From Candidatus Hermodarchaeota archaeon (GTDB lineage: Archaea > Asgardarchaeota > Heimdallarchaeia > Hodarchaeales > Hodarchaeaceae): 32,000 nucleotides of DNA. Within the stretch, counting starts at the first letter, position 1. Each line of letters starts with the position of its first letter. A program made the translations under genes and the position numbers. Below the pieces are notes generated by a model, which searched no databases, was not told where the DNA came from, and saw only the letters and a program-made list of their open reading frames with translations. Positions 1-9,056 of the stretch are shown piece by piece. The stretch lies in the NCBI GenBank assembly GCA_048886185.1, contig JBHLKY010000023.1, positions 30,923 through 62,922 of the forward strand. Reading direction: 5' to 3'.

Positions 1-152
1 ATTTTCTCAATTATTTCCCTTGTTTGAGTTTGAATATCAGCGTCCAAATTTGTCGCAATTTGACCAGAAACATATATGTGTTTTTTTCTTGATGTTTGAA
101 TCGCAGGACTGTATGGACCTACTACTTGACCGATTTTTATTGCTTTTTTCAT
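1..152 (-). CDS. RidA/YjgF/YER057c/UK114-family protein, 5' part only (runs off the window edge)
   Basis: Not in the ORF track. Manual translation from ATG at 152: MKKAIKIGQVVGPYSPAIQTSRKKHIYVSGQIATNLDADIQTQTREIIEK. It has the Rid-family GPYS-x-A, hYhSGQI and DI-x-x-QT motifs, and starts 17 bp after the stop of the DUF296 gene. Confidence 0.85.
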   Translation of the reverse strand, partial: MKKAIKIGQVVGPYSPAIQTSRKKHIYVSGQIATNLDADIQTQTREIIEK

Positions 153-169
153 AATTATCACATTTAAGA

Positions 170-598
170 TTATTCAATTAAGTATGGTAATTCCAATAGC
201 ATTAATTTTGATACAGGGTCTTCTGTTCGTGAAACTCCAGGTTCATAAACTGAAATTTGAATTTCACAGGTAACTGAAACGATACACCCTTGAAAAATAT
301 GTCCTCCAATACAGGATCCATCTTGCTGACCGAAAACTCCATGAATATGAACTATTTGATTTTGAGCAATATTTCCATTTAATGATAATAACTCAAGATT
401 TTCCGAAAAATTCATTTTTTGATATTCCTCACCATCAAAAAAACCAATATTTGCTTCAGAAACAGCTCCAATTCCATGGATCTGTCCAGAGGAGATTTTG
501 TTGCGCTTACAAAATTTTTGGAGTGATTCGAGGATATCTTCTCCTCGAAAAAGGCGTAGGAGGTAATTCTTTTGATTATTTTGCAAAATGTATTTCAT
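170..598 (-). CDS. PPC/DUF296-domain protein (putative Zn-binding, DNA-binding or hydrolase)
   Basis: Motifs LRLxxGEDILESL, GIGAV, ELLSLNGNI, HIH and GGHI match the DUF296/PPC pattern. Confidence 0.88.
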   Translation of the reverse strand: MKYILQNNQKNYLLRLFRGEDILESLQKFCKRNKISSGQIHGIGAVSEANIGFFDGEEYQKMNFSENLELLSLNGNIAQNQIVHIHGVFGQQDGSCIGGHIFQGCIVSVTCEIQISVYEPGVSRTEDPVSKLMLLELPYLIE

Positions 599-978
599 AT
601 GGGTAAAATCTCCTTGATTTATAGTAAAATTGTGAATAGATACAGTTTGCTAAATAATTTAAATAATGTTCATAAAACTCTAGACTATCAAGAATTGCAG
701 TTCATCTCCAATATTCTTTTCAAATTCATCTCAAATTATCATTTCAGAGGAGAGAACGAAGAAATTCAAGTGTGATTTGTGTCTAAGCTTACACCAATGT
801 CTGATTTTTTGAAATCAAAGAATCATAGAAAAGGTTTTTTAAGAGGGATTCATTATGTTATTTGGAATTGCTTTTATATTTTTGATTTAGAGCCTAGTAA
901 GTCTTTAGTCAATCAAGATAACATCAAGAAACACATGATTTAGTACATCATTGAAGGGATTTTATGAGGTTTTAACTG

Positions 979-1950
979 TTGAAAATGCATTGTGATAGTA
1001 ACTGTAGGCCCTGTGTGTTAGAGGGGGGTCCTAATCGGGATCTCGACAATAAGAATGCTGGATTCATGGCCTATTTCTGCCCCCAATGCCGATCGTCCTT
1101 CTTTTGTGAAATAGGAGTTGTACGTCAATATTCCTCCAACAGGGTTAGTTATTCCTGTGTTGACTGCAGTTCAAAGTTGAAAATCCTCTCTCTCGAAGAA
1201 ATTGCCTTAGAAAAAGCTCGTTTCTTGATGGATAACCGTAAATTAAGTAAGAGTGGAAAATTTAGGCCAGCTCTCATACAAAAGAAGCTAAGTAGACCTG
1301 TTGAGACCCTTTCCATGTTATACGATACTAAAACAACTAGTGCCTTCCACCAGTCGCTTATAACAGAAATGACAAGAATTTCAGGACTAACCCCACAAGT
1401 TATTAGTAATTTCGCACGGGATTTTGGGATTGGAGAAAATGTTATCTCGAATCTTTCAGGAGATAATGAGTCAATTTTATTGACACTTGCAAGCGTTTCA
1501 CCCAAATTTGTAGAAATTCTTCATTCAATTCTTATCGGACGTGATCCGAGCGTCAATGGAGGTTTGGGTCTACGTTTTTCAGTATTTGCAAACAATATTG
1601 CAGATATTGTGTTCATACAACCTTCCCGGTCTCTCGTGGAGGCTGGACCTTACGATTTAATTGCTTATGATGGACAAGGGATGCGAATATGGGTGTTCTG
1701 CGTCCAAGGAGTAGTTGATTCAAAAGACATCGAGAAAATTGTAGGCCCACTTCTGAATCAAGAACTATCTGAATTTAGTGGGGTATCTAAAATCTGTATT
1801 GTCGCACAAGGTTTTTCATGGGTTGCCCTACAGATTTTACGGAAATATCGGGGGATTGTGGTTGATAAAAGATCAATTCCATTCGAAATTTGGCAAGAAA
1901 AAACCATTGAGGATCATCCCGAAATTATTTTCGAAAATATTCGGCTTTAA
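979..1950 (+). CDS. Hypothetical protein: N-terminal Zn-ribbon plus C-terminal Mrr/restriction-endonuclease-like fold, probably inactive
   Basis: CPQC...CVDC plus HCxxxCxxC at the N-terminus. C-terminal GPYDLIAY...WVFCV...ICIVAQGFSWVAL follows the Mrr_cat layout (DLh...hQCK...hhVTxxxFTxxA) but lacks Q/E-x-K. True start may be ATG 985. Confidence 0.5.
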   Translation: MKMHCDSNCRPCVLEGGPNRDLDNKNAGFMAYFCPQCRSSFFCEIGVVRQYSSNRVSYSCVDCSSKLKILSLEEIALEKARFLMDNRKLSKSGKFRPALIQKKLSRPVETLSMLYDTKTTSAFHQSLITEMTRISGLTPQVISNFARDFGIGENVISNLSGDNESILLTLASVSPKFVEILHSILIGRDPSVNGGLGLRFSVFANNIADIVFIQPSRSLVEAGPYDLIAYDGQGMRIWVFCVQGVVDSKDIEKIVGPLLNQELSEFSGVSKICIVAQGFSWVALQILRKYRGIVVDKRSIPFEIWQEKTIEDHPEIIFENIRL

Positions 1951-1958
1951 TCAACGCG

Positions 1959-2519
1959 GTGTTATTATTGAGTTCTTCTTTGTCAACTTTAGGGGACTAT
2001 TACAGAATTATATTTCTTGGGAGCGAAAAAGTAGGGAAAACTTCAATTGTTCACTGGATTCTTGATCTTCCCCATCAAGAGGACTATCTTCCTACAATTG
2101 GAGTAAGATTCTATAATCTGGACTCGTTCCTGAATAATAAGCAGTATTTTCTACAGCTTTGCGACATTTCAGGTAACAAAATCTATTCTAATCTACTCCC
2201 ATTGTTAATAAAGACAGTAGCTGTCGCTATACTAGTTTTTGATTATAAGAATCAAGATTCTATGGTGGAAGCTCAAACGCTATTTAAGAAGGTACGGGAA
2301 TATCTTTCACCAGATCAAATAGTAGTTGTGGGCAATAAATCTGAAAATAAGAAAAAAATCATTCCTAAAATATTGGATTCTTGGACTAAAAAGAATAATG
2401 TAAAAATAATTTCTGTATCTGTTCATAAGAATATAGGAAAATATGTACTTCTACAGAACATTAATAGAATAATTCTAGGGTTTTCTGGTGATCAGGTAAA
2501 AGAAATAGATAAATCATAA
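1959..2519 (+). CDS. Divergent Rab/Ras-like small GTPase
   Basis: G1 GSEKVGKT, G2 YLPTIG, G3 CDISGN, G4 NKSE, G5 SVSV. Begins 8 bp after the upstream gene. Confidence 0.85.
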   Translation: MLLLSSSLSTLGDYYRIIFLGSEKVGKTSIVHWILDLPHQEDYLPTIGVRFYNLDSFLNNKQYFLQLCDISGNKIYSNLLPLLIKTVAVAILVFDYKNQDSMVEAQTLFKKVREYLSPDQIVVVGNKSENKKKIIPKILDSWTKKNNVKIISVSVHKNIGKYVLLQNINRIILGFSGDQVKEIDKS

Positions 2520-2539
2520 ATCGAGTCCCATTTCCAGAT

Positions 2540-2941
2540 TTATACCCATTCCTCATTCTCGTTTTGACATGAGGCTTGAACGATCTCACATTCCCACCAC
2601 TGAGATTCTTCCTGAAATGGACAAGTATCAATAGTTACTTGACATTTTTGATCTTCCCTTAAGTAGAGGCAAAGACTCGTCATTAATAAGCGTAAGTTCA
2701 TTTTTTCTGGCTGTTCGCCCATTTGATAACTTCTATGTAATCTATCACGAATTTCTTGATAATTATGTACCTGAACTGTTGTTAGGATGCTTCCAGTCTT
2801 AAATGTAATGCCCCCAGTTAGTGCTGAATCATCATATTCTAGAAATTGGAAGAGTTGACGTTGCAATGAATCAAGTAGTTCATCATCAATGTCTCCTACA
2901 CCCATCATTTTCAATAAATCACGTAATCTTTTCCTAAACAC
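2540..2941 (-). CDS. Hypothetical protein with a C-terminal Cys cluster
   Basis: 133-aa ORF convergent with the GTPase (20 bp gap) and divergent from the 961-aa gene. Contains C-x6-CPF-x8-C. No family recognised. Confidence 0.6.
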   Translation of the reverse strand: MFRKRLRDLLKMMGVGDIDDELLDSLQRQLFQFLEYDDSALTGGITFKTGSILTTVQVHNYQEIRDRLHRSYQMGEQPEKMNLRLLMTSLCLYLREDQKCQVTIDTCPFQEESQWWECEIVQASCQNENEEWV

Positions 2942-3022
2942 TGACTTGAGGCCTTCATTGATACTTTCTTATTGATCTCTCTGTTTCTTTCACTCTACTT
3001 CTTATTTCTAGCTAAAATTGGT

Positions 3023-3046
3023 TAAATTTATAATTATATAATTTAT
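3023..3046. promoter_or_regulatory. Candidate bidirectional TATA region between divergent genes
   Basis: Near-palindromic AT tract taaatttataattatataatttat in the 166-bp gap between ORFs starting at 2941(-) and 3108(+). Confidence 0.3.
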
Positions 3047-3107
3047 GCATCCTTTATAATTGTACATAATTAAAACGCTTTGGACATAGTACAAGGAGAT
3101 TTTTGAA

Positions 3108-5993
3108 ATGGTCGAGAACGATTACAACCCTGTAGTTTGGGTTAGTTTAGCTTCTGTTTCAGGTCTGAGCTTGATCAGTTTGGGGCAGCCTGGTCTAAGA
3201 ACTGACCTTGATGAGCAAGTATATACTGGTGGGTTGACTGCCGTTCAAGCTATGCTAGGTGGGGAAATTGGGGGCGATACTGAACGATTTGTAGGTGGGA
3301 GTCACAGTAATAGAACAGGTAGGTTTCTAGTTAAAAACGATAGAGGCGAGCTTGTTGGTCAATTCTTGTTAATTTCTCCCAAAAATCTTAACGTTGCTCC
3401 AGAATTGGTCGATTTTTATGAACAGCTTGTTACAATCTTTGCCGAGGATACAATTCAGACTGAAGTTTATGAACGAGTCCAAAGAGAATTTAGAGCCTTG
3501 GGAGTGAATGATGTCTTAGATATCTTTTTTGATAGTATAAAGAAGGCAAGAAAGCGTAAATCGCTCCCCATGAATAAGGACATGTTCTTTTCAGCTCTCA
3601 CCGAAGCAACATTCAAATCTATTAATGATTATGAGTATTCAACGACCTTAGTTAAAATATCTGAATATAAAGGGAAATATCACGATCTTCATTTAAAAGT
3701 TCAGAACGAAAGGAATGATCTAATAACAGAATTATCGCAGGATATGTTAGAATTCATGACAAGTGAGCATCCACATGCTTTAGTGACATTCCCTAAGATT
3801 GATTCATTAAGAAAAGATTTTCTAAAATATATGCAATCAGAAATTAATAGTATTGAAAAACAAAATAAGGTAGAAGAAGCACTTGAAGAAATAATCGAAG
3901 ATTTCAAGAAAAATGACTTAAATGGCGTTCTCGCGGACTTTGCTCTTAGTGAGGTTACTAAAGTTAATCTTTATGCACGTCTAGAAGATGAAATTTTTAA
4001 AAAGTATCGCCGGGAATTTCCACTGCTTTTTCTTGTTGATCCCAAAATAAATGGTTTTTTAAGCGCTATAGAAAAACTCACGACTAAGATAAATGAAGAA
4101 TATGATGTAGCAGGAACTTTATCACGTATTGGTCATGATATGTTAGTGGGTCATGAAAAAGAGGAAAAATTGGTTATTCCTTTTATTCGACAATTTTGTG
4201 ATCAATTTGCTACAGGATTAACCCACGCAGCATGGAAATATATGCAAATTATCTTTAGAATCGTAACAATGGAGACTGAAATCGATGTGACGGATGTTCT
4301 TTCGGCATTAGAAGGACAAATCCCTGATTCTCACTTTTCCACAGTCCAACGGATGATTACCAAATATAAGATCACAAAGCTTGATCCCCTTTCCTTTTCA
4401 GTAAAAAAAGCAACTGATATATTACCCTTTTATAGAGCATTATTAGCTTCAATAGGTTATGGTGTTAATTTTCTTATTTTTCAAGTTACTTTGGGGGAAG
4501 AAAACCCAGATAATTATCTCAATCATACTATAAAGAATTTATATGACTTCAGTACTCAGATTATACCCACTTTTTCAATATTTTCAATCTATTCTCATTT
4601 AGAAAAAATACAACCACGTTTAGAGTTTAATATAGGATATCCTGAGTTTAAAAATGAAATTGATATTACAACTTTAGATGTCCAAACATTAACACAAGCA
4701 TTCATAGAAGCAACCAATGATTATCTCCAAAAAGAACATCAACAAATAGAAAGCCGCTTAGACGAGTTTCAAAAGGCCTTTGAAGAGCAAATAAATGACA
4801 TTCACAAATTTTTGTCACGGAAACCAATCGACATCTCTAAAGGTTATTCTACTGATCTTAAAGAGTTAAAATTACTTTCATTTTCAACAAAACTTGTTGA
4901 AAGCATTGAATCCATTTTACAAAAGACTCAAGAAGAATACAGGGGTATTATTGAAAGAATATATCCTGATTTAGATAAAGCAAAAGAGGCTGCTTTGGAA
5001 TTTGTCAACAAACAAATTGATGAAAAGAAGTTAGGATCAATTCTATCAAATCGTGGATTTCTTGAAAAAACTCGAGATAATTTTCAAAAATTCATACGTA
5101 AAACTCGAGAGTCAATAGAAAAGAGGTATAGTGAGCTTCCTTCAAAAGTTGAAAAGGATTTTAATGGATTTCAGAAAGAATTCACAAAAATATTTTCTCG
5201 TGAATGCCCTTTTCTCAATATTGACAGGAAAGCATTTTCAAAAGGGGATAAGAACTATCTCCAGGATCCCTCTTCCATCATTAATAAAATTCAAGGATCA
5301 ATCAAGCAAATTATTACTAAAGATCCATTTATCTCTTCTGAGAATCTAGGTCAATATTATTTTTATTCCAAAAACATGTCTTTACCCACGAATCTTCAGT
5401 TTGCAATTTCAGATTCATTAGTTCACAATAAGAAATCATATCCTTTTCTAAAAGAAGCGATAGAAAACCTGAAATCGAATCCAAACCAAGACATTTTCAA
5501 AAGTTATGCAGAAGTTTTAGAAGATCAAACAAAAGGATTAATGTCAAGAATTTTCCAAGAAGCAGGAAGAATCATAGGAAAAGATTACTTAAGATCTGAT
5601 CCTGACATTTTTTTCATAGAGAGAGATAAAAAACCTATCCCCACTCTTGAAATGGGAGTTTTATCGTGTGTTGACGCTATGAATTCTCTCCGAGATTTAT
5701 TAGGTTTAAGAATTGCCGTTGAGTCGGAAAAACGCGAAGAGATAACACTATTCCATGTTTCCGCTACAATCCCAGATTTTGGATGTGATTATGACGATCT
5801 GAAAAAAGTTTGGAAGAAAAAGGAATGGACTCTAAGAAAGGTACTACTTCTCTTGAGTTGGCGCTCTATTCTAAAATCGAATGCGTTTTATCTTAACTTA
5901 CTCCAATATTCCAGCGGATTCTACTCAACTCGAGTAAAAGAGTCACTTGAGGAAATTTTGGAAGAAATTGGGAGAGCAATAATCTCTAGTTGA
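3108..5993 (+). CDS. Large hypothetical protein: N-terminal longin/roadblock-like domain followed by long alpha-helical/coiled-coil region
   Basis: 961-aa ORF with a GGAG SD-like site upstream. The N-terminal ~130 aa (VWVSLASVSGLSLISL...DEQVYTGGLTAVQAMLGGEIGG...GRFLV...GQFLLIS...helix) follow a beta-beta-alpha-beta-beta-beta-alpha pattern. The remainder is E/K/L/I-rich and helical. Confidence 0.55.
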   Translation: MVENDYNPVVWVSLASVSGLSLISLGQPGLRTDLDEQVYTGGLTAVQAMLGGEIGGDTERFVGGSHSNRTGRFLVKNDRGELVGQFLLISPKNLNVAPELVDFYEQLVTIFAEDTIQTEVYERVQREFRALGVNDVLDIFFDSIKKARKRKSLPMNKDMFFSALTEATFKSINDYEYSTTLVKISEYKGKYHDLHLKVQNERNDLITELSQDMLEFMTSEHPHALVTFPKIDSLRKDFLKYMQSEINSIEKQNKVEEALEEIIEDFKKNDLNGVLADFALSEVTKVNLYARLEDEIFKKYRREFPLLFLVDPKINGFLSAIEKLTTKINEEYDVAGTLSRIGHDMLVGHEKEEKLVIPFIRQFCDQFATGLTHAAWKYMQIIFRIVTMETEIDVTDVLSALEGQIPDSHFSTVQRMITKYKITKLDPLSFSVKKATDILPFYRALLASIGYGVNFLIFQVTLGEENPDNYLNHTIKNLYDFSTQIIPTFSIFSIYSHLEKIQPRLEFNIGYPEFKNEIDITTLDVQTLTQAFIEATNDYLQKEHQQIESRLDEFQKAFEEQINDIHKFLSRKPIDISKGYSTDLKELKLLSFSTKLVESIESILQKTQEEYRGIIERIYPDLDKAKEAALEFVNKQIDEKKLGSILSNRGFLEKTRDNFQKFIRKTRESIEKRYSELPSKVEKDFNGFQKEFTKIFSRECPFLNIDRKAFSKGDKNYLQDPSSIINKIQGSIKQIITKDPFISSENLGQYYFYSKNMSLPTNLQFAISDSLVHNKKSYPFLKEAIENLKSNPNQDIFKSYAEVLEDQTKGLMSRIFQEAGRIIGKDYLRSDPDIFFIERDKKPIPTLEMGVLSCVDAMNSLRDLLGLRIAVESEKREEITLFHVSATIPDFGCDYDDLKKVWKKKEWTLRKVLLLLSWRSILKSNAFYLNLLQYSSGFYSTRVKESLEEILEEIGRAIISS

Positions 5994-6658
5994 ACTTTAC
6001 TACAAGATACCTTAGAACGTTTAATATTATGGTCTTTCCCAGTATGAATCATCCCAAAAACACAGGAGTTTACCCACCTCAAGAGGATACTTGGTTTCTA
6101 GCTGATATCTTAGAAATTAAATTTCAAGAAGAGTTAATGGTAATTTCTCACCCATTGACAGTATGTGAGATAGGAGTAGGGGGTGGCTTTATTTCCATTG
6201 CCTTAGCTAAGAAATTTCCTCAAATTCATTTTATCGGAACTGATATTTCTCCTCAATCGGCACTATCATGTCAAATGAACATGTCAAACCATCTTCATCG
6301 TGACCAGTTTGATCTTGTGTGTATGGATTCAATCCATGGATTTAATCCTTTAAAATTTCATCCTGATTTAGTTTATTTCAATCCCCCTTACGTAAGAACA
6401 GGTCTGGATGAAATGAAGAAAGGGTTCTTGGAAAGAACTTGGGCTGGTGGTCCCAGTGGGATTGTAGTAATCCAAAAGTTCCTTAAAGAGCTATCTCGTT
6501 TCTCTTTCAGGAAAGCATTTTTTTTATCGTCCAATTTAAATGAAAACGAATTATTAGAGACTATTTTTCATCGAATTTTCAAATTTCAAGTTATCTCTGA
6601 TAGAAAAATCGGAGATGAGAGATTGTTATGCTTCGAGGTTCGACCCAAAGGGTACTAG
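5990..6658 (+). CDS. HemK2/Mtq2-type SAM-dependent N5-glutamine methyltransferase (release-factor methylase family)
   Basis: VYPPQEDT, motif I EIGVGGG, GTDIS, NPPY and WAGG...G. The TTG start overlaps the upstream TGA; ATG 6029 or 6044 are alternative starts. Confidence 0.85.
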   Translation: MNFTTRYLRTFNIMVFPSMNHPKNTGVYPPQEDTWFLADILEIKFQEELMVISHPLTVCEIGVGGGFISIALAKKFPQIHFIGTDISPQSALSCQMNMSNHLHRDQFDLVCMDSIHGFNPLKFHPDLVYFNPPYVRTGLDEMKKGFLERTWAGGPSGIVVIQKFLKELSRFSFRKAFFLSSNLNENELLETIFHRIFKFQVISDRKIGDERLLCFEVRPKGY

Positions 6659-6670
6659 AATAAACATATT

Positions 6671-7387
6671 TTATTTTTGAAAGTGAGTAAGAAAATCAAC
6701 AATATTTTTTAATGATCTTTCAGAATCCTCTAGATATAATAATAGACGATCGTTTTCTTGAGTGGGATGATCAAGTGGGAAAATCTTTTCCTTTGAATCT
6801 TCTCGTAGAATGTTTAGAATTCGAACTTTTGGGATGCGAAGATCATCAACCGGGAGTGTTATTCTGCTTTTAGGAACAGAGATGGAGATAACTGGGGGCT
6901 TTACTAGTGGTAAACCCATTTGATTGTAGAGTTCATTTACAATTTGGTTCAGGTTATCAACAATGATAATTTGACCTTGTTTTTGTCCAGATAGATATTG
7001 AACGAAAGGAGGAGCAAATTGTTTTAATAGAATGACTTTTAATTCATCATTAGATATAAATGCCATAATATTCTGAATTATAACTGGATCCTCATGAAGG
7101 ATAATGACTTTTTCTGCGTATTGAAAGCCAATGGTTTCATAGAGGTTTCTTTTAGCATATTCTTCATTCTGTTCTTCATAAAGGACATTAACTTCATCTT
7201 TAACTTCCTCTATCCATGCTAATTTCTTATCTGATATTAAAGCAACCTTGCTTTGCCCACCAATCCTGATCAATTGGTCAATAAAAGCTTCCGCAAAAAT
7301 GTTACTTCCAAACACAAAAATCGTGTTTTGTTTTTCCACAGCTTTTTCGGCAAATTTACGAACCCGTCTTCGTCTAAAAAAACCCAT
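6671..7387 (-). CDS. Soluble RCK (TrkA-N/TrkA-C-like) domain protein
   Basis: Rossmann-like IFVFGSNIFAEAF, LYETIGFQYAEKVIIL, then a TrkA-C-like tail (ENDRLLLY). Paralogue of the C-terminal part of the upstream gene. Confidence 0.7.
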   Translation of the reverse strand: MGFFRRRRVRKFAEKAVEKQNTIFVFGSNIFAEAFIDQLIRIGGQSKVALISDKKLAWIEEVKDEVNVLYEEQNEEYAKRNLYETIGFQYAEKVIILHEDPVIIQNIMAFISNDELKVILLKQFAPPFVQYLSGQKQGQIIIVDNLNQIVNELYNQMGLPLVKPPVISISVPKSRITLPVDDLRIPKVRILNILREDSKEKIFPLDHPTQENDRLLLYLEDSERSLKNIVDFLTHFQK

Positions 7388-8704
7388 TTAGTTAACCTCC
7401 TCATCATGGTCTCCTGAGTCATAGACTGGTGGATCCTCAATCGTTGGTATTTCAATTGTAGGTATCTTAAGGTACTCCTCTGGAGTTGGTACTTCTTTAA
7501 ACTCCTCCTCTTCCTTTTGCTTTTTTTCCTTCTCTTTCTTCTTCTTAGGTGTTTTTGGGAGTAGAGGAAGTTCGGTAACAACTCTGTTGGTTAATCTCAT
7601 GTAATAATTAGAAAAGAAATAGATTATCACACGATCTCCCAATTTCATTTTTTCTTCTGGTGATAAGAGTTCCTCCCCGCGACGAATGAGAAGAACCTTC
7701 TGTCTAATAAGATCTGAACTCATAGCTTTTCCTGTAGAACCTACGTAGGTTCTCGGGACATCTATCTCGACAGTTGGAGGAAAATCGAAATCCATACTCA
7801 GAGAATGAACTAGGCCCTGAATAGTAGCATCTAGATCTTCGATAATGATGAGGTTTTCGTCTTGGACAAGATCGCTAAATACAAAAGCAGGAGCATATTG
7901 GGAAAGGAGTATAATCTCAACATCAGGTCTCACTCGTCTGATATTTGTCAAAATATTCTGGTTTAATTCAATGCTTTCAGTAAGAATCATGATACGACTG
8001 GCGTTCTTGAAGCCAATAATATCATATAAATTTGGTTTTTCAAATTCCAACTGATTCTCAACCACGTATTTGTCAATTCCCTGTAAACTACGGATCCAGA
8101 GCAGATCAACATCAGCAATTAATGATACCCTTTCTTCATAACCATATTGAAAAATCATCTCAAACAGAAATTGCTCTGCAGGTCTTGAAGTTCCAAAAAC
8201 ATAGGTAATATCCTTCCTTGTATTCACCTTGTCTCGATACTTGGCTATTGGGGATTTAATCATTGCTCGGATGATTATAGTAAGAGTACCGATAATACCA
8301 GCGCCATATCGTACCGTTGTCTCGTTAAAAATCCCTGTTATCAAGGTATGGTGCAATCCAGCTTCAGAGCCAGGCTCTCCAAAATTAGATCCTCCCCACG
8401 CGTTCCAAGGGTCTCCAGGTATTAACCCGAGGGCAAGAGGAACACCCCAAATTACTAGAACAAGAAGAAGCGCAATAAAAAGACCGATCCAGAAGAAAAG
8501 GAGAAATAAATCTTGAAGGGGGATATAATATTTTATTTCTCGTAGGACAATTCGAATGACTAGCTTTGCATTTGCTCGGGCTGCTGTTAAATTAAACTTT
8601 AATTGACGCATATTGTCTCCGAATGTCCTTTTCTGACTTTTTACTCTTTCTTTCTTCTTTTTCTTATCTTTTTTCTCTTTCTTTAGTTCAGAGGATTGAT
8701 TCAA
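7388..8704 (-). CDS. Membrane protein with about two TM segments plus RCK (TrkA-N and TrkA-C-like) domains; MthK-like layout
   Basis: Hydrophobic LFLLFFWIGLFIALLLVLVIWGVPLALG, then a loop, then GAGIIGTLTIIIRAMI, then TYVFGTSRPAEQF...LYDIIGFKNASRIMIL and KLGDRVIIY. Lys-rich N- and C-tails. An AAGGTGA SD-like site precedes the TTG start. Confidence 0.7.
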   Translation of the reverse strand: MNQSSELKKEKKDKKKKKERVKSQKRTFGDNMRQLKFNLTAARANAKLVIRIVLREIKYYIPLQDLFLLFFWIGLFIALLLVLVIWGVPLALGLIPGDPWNAWGGSNFGEPGSEAGLHHTLITGIFNETTVRYGAGIIGTLTIIIRAMIKSPIAKYRDKVNTRKDITYVFGTSRPAEQFLFEMIFQYGYEERVSLIADVDLLWIRSLQGIDKYVVENQLEFEKPNLYDIIGFKNASRIMILTESIELNQNILTNIRRVRPDVEIILLSQYAPAFVFSDLVQDENLIIIEDLDATIQGLVHSLSMDFDFPPTVEIDVPRTYVGSTGKAMSSDLIRQKVLLIRRGEELLSPEEKMKLGDRVIIYFFSNYYMRLTNRVVTELPLLPKTPKKKKEKEKKQKEEEEFKEVPTPEEYLKIPTIEIPTIEDPPVYDSGDHDEEVN

Positions 8705-9056
8705 TGACTATCACCTTATTTTCGCTTTTATTAAACTGATGGATCTGAAATATCCCTTGATAAGCTTCTCACACAGAATTCTTTTGTATAATCTGAAGTA
8801 ATCTTGTCATAAAGCTTCATTAAATAATTATTGGTAATAACTCAAGAGCTTCTTATAAAAAAATTGATTCTTTCCAAGGTAACCAATTTTTTGTTGAAGA
8901 GAATGAATTGGGAAGAGTCTTTAGTTATTAAATTTCTAAGTCATCCTCTGATATTGAAAGGGATTATAGTAAATATATTATATGAGAAAAGGCTGCTATG
9001 GCACTTTAATCGTGATCTCTCTCTGCCTTATGACCAAATTCTTATAATCTTTAGTC

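Noticed and set aside
382-775. Short + strand ORFs 382-606 and 572-775
   Set aside because: They are antisense to or overlap the well-supported DUF296 gene or promoter DNA and have no recognisable motifs.
7388-8704. Calling this a canonical potassium channel
   Set aside because: There is no true TVGYG filter and the pore-to-inner-helix spacing does not fit. It is kept only as a tentative degenerate-pore finding.
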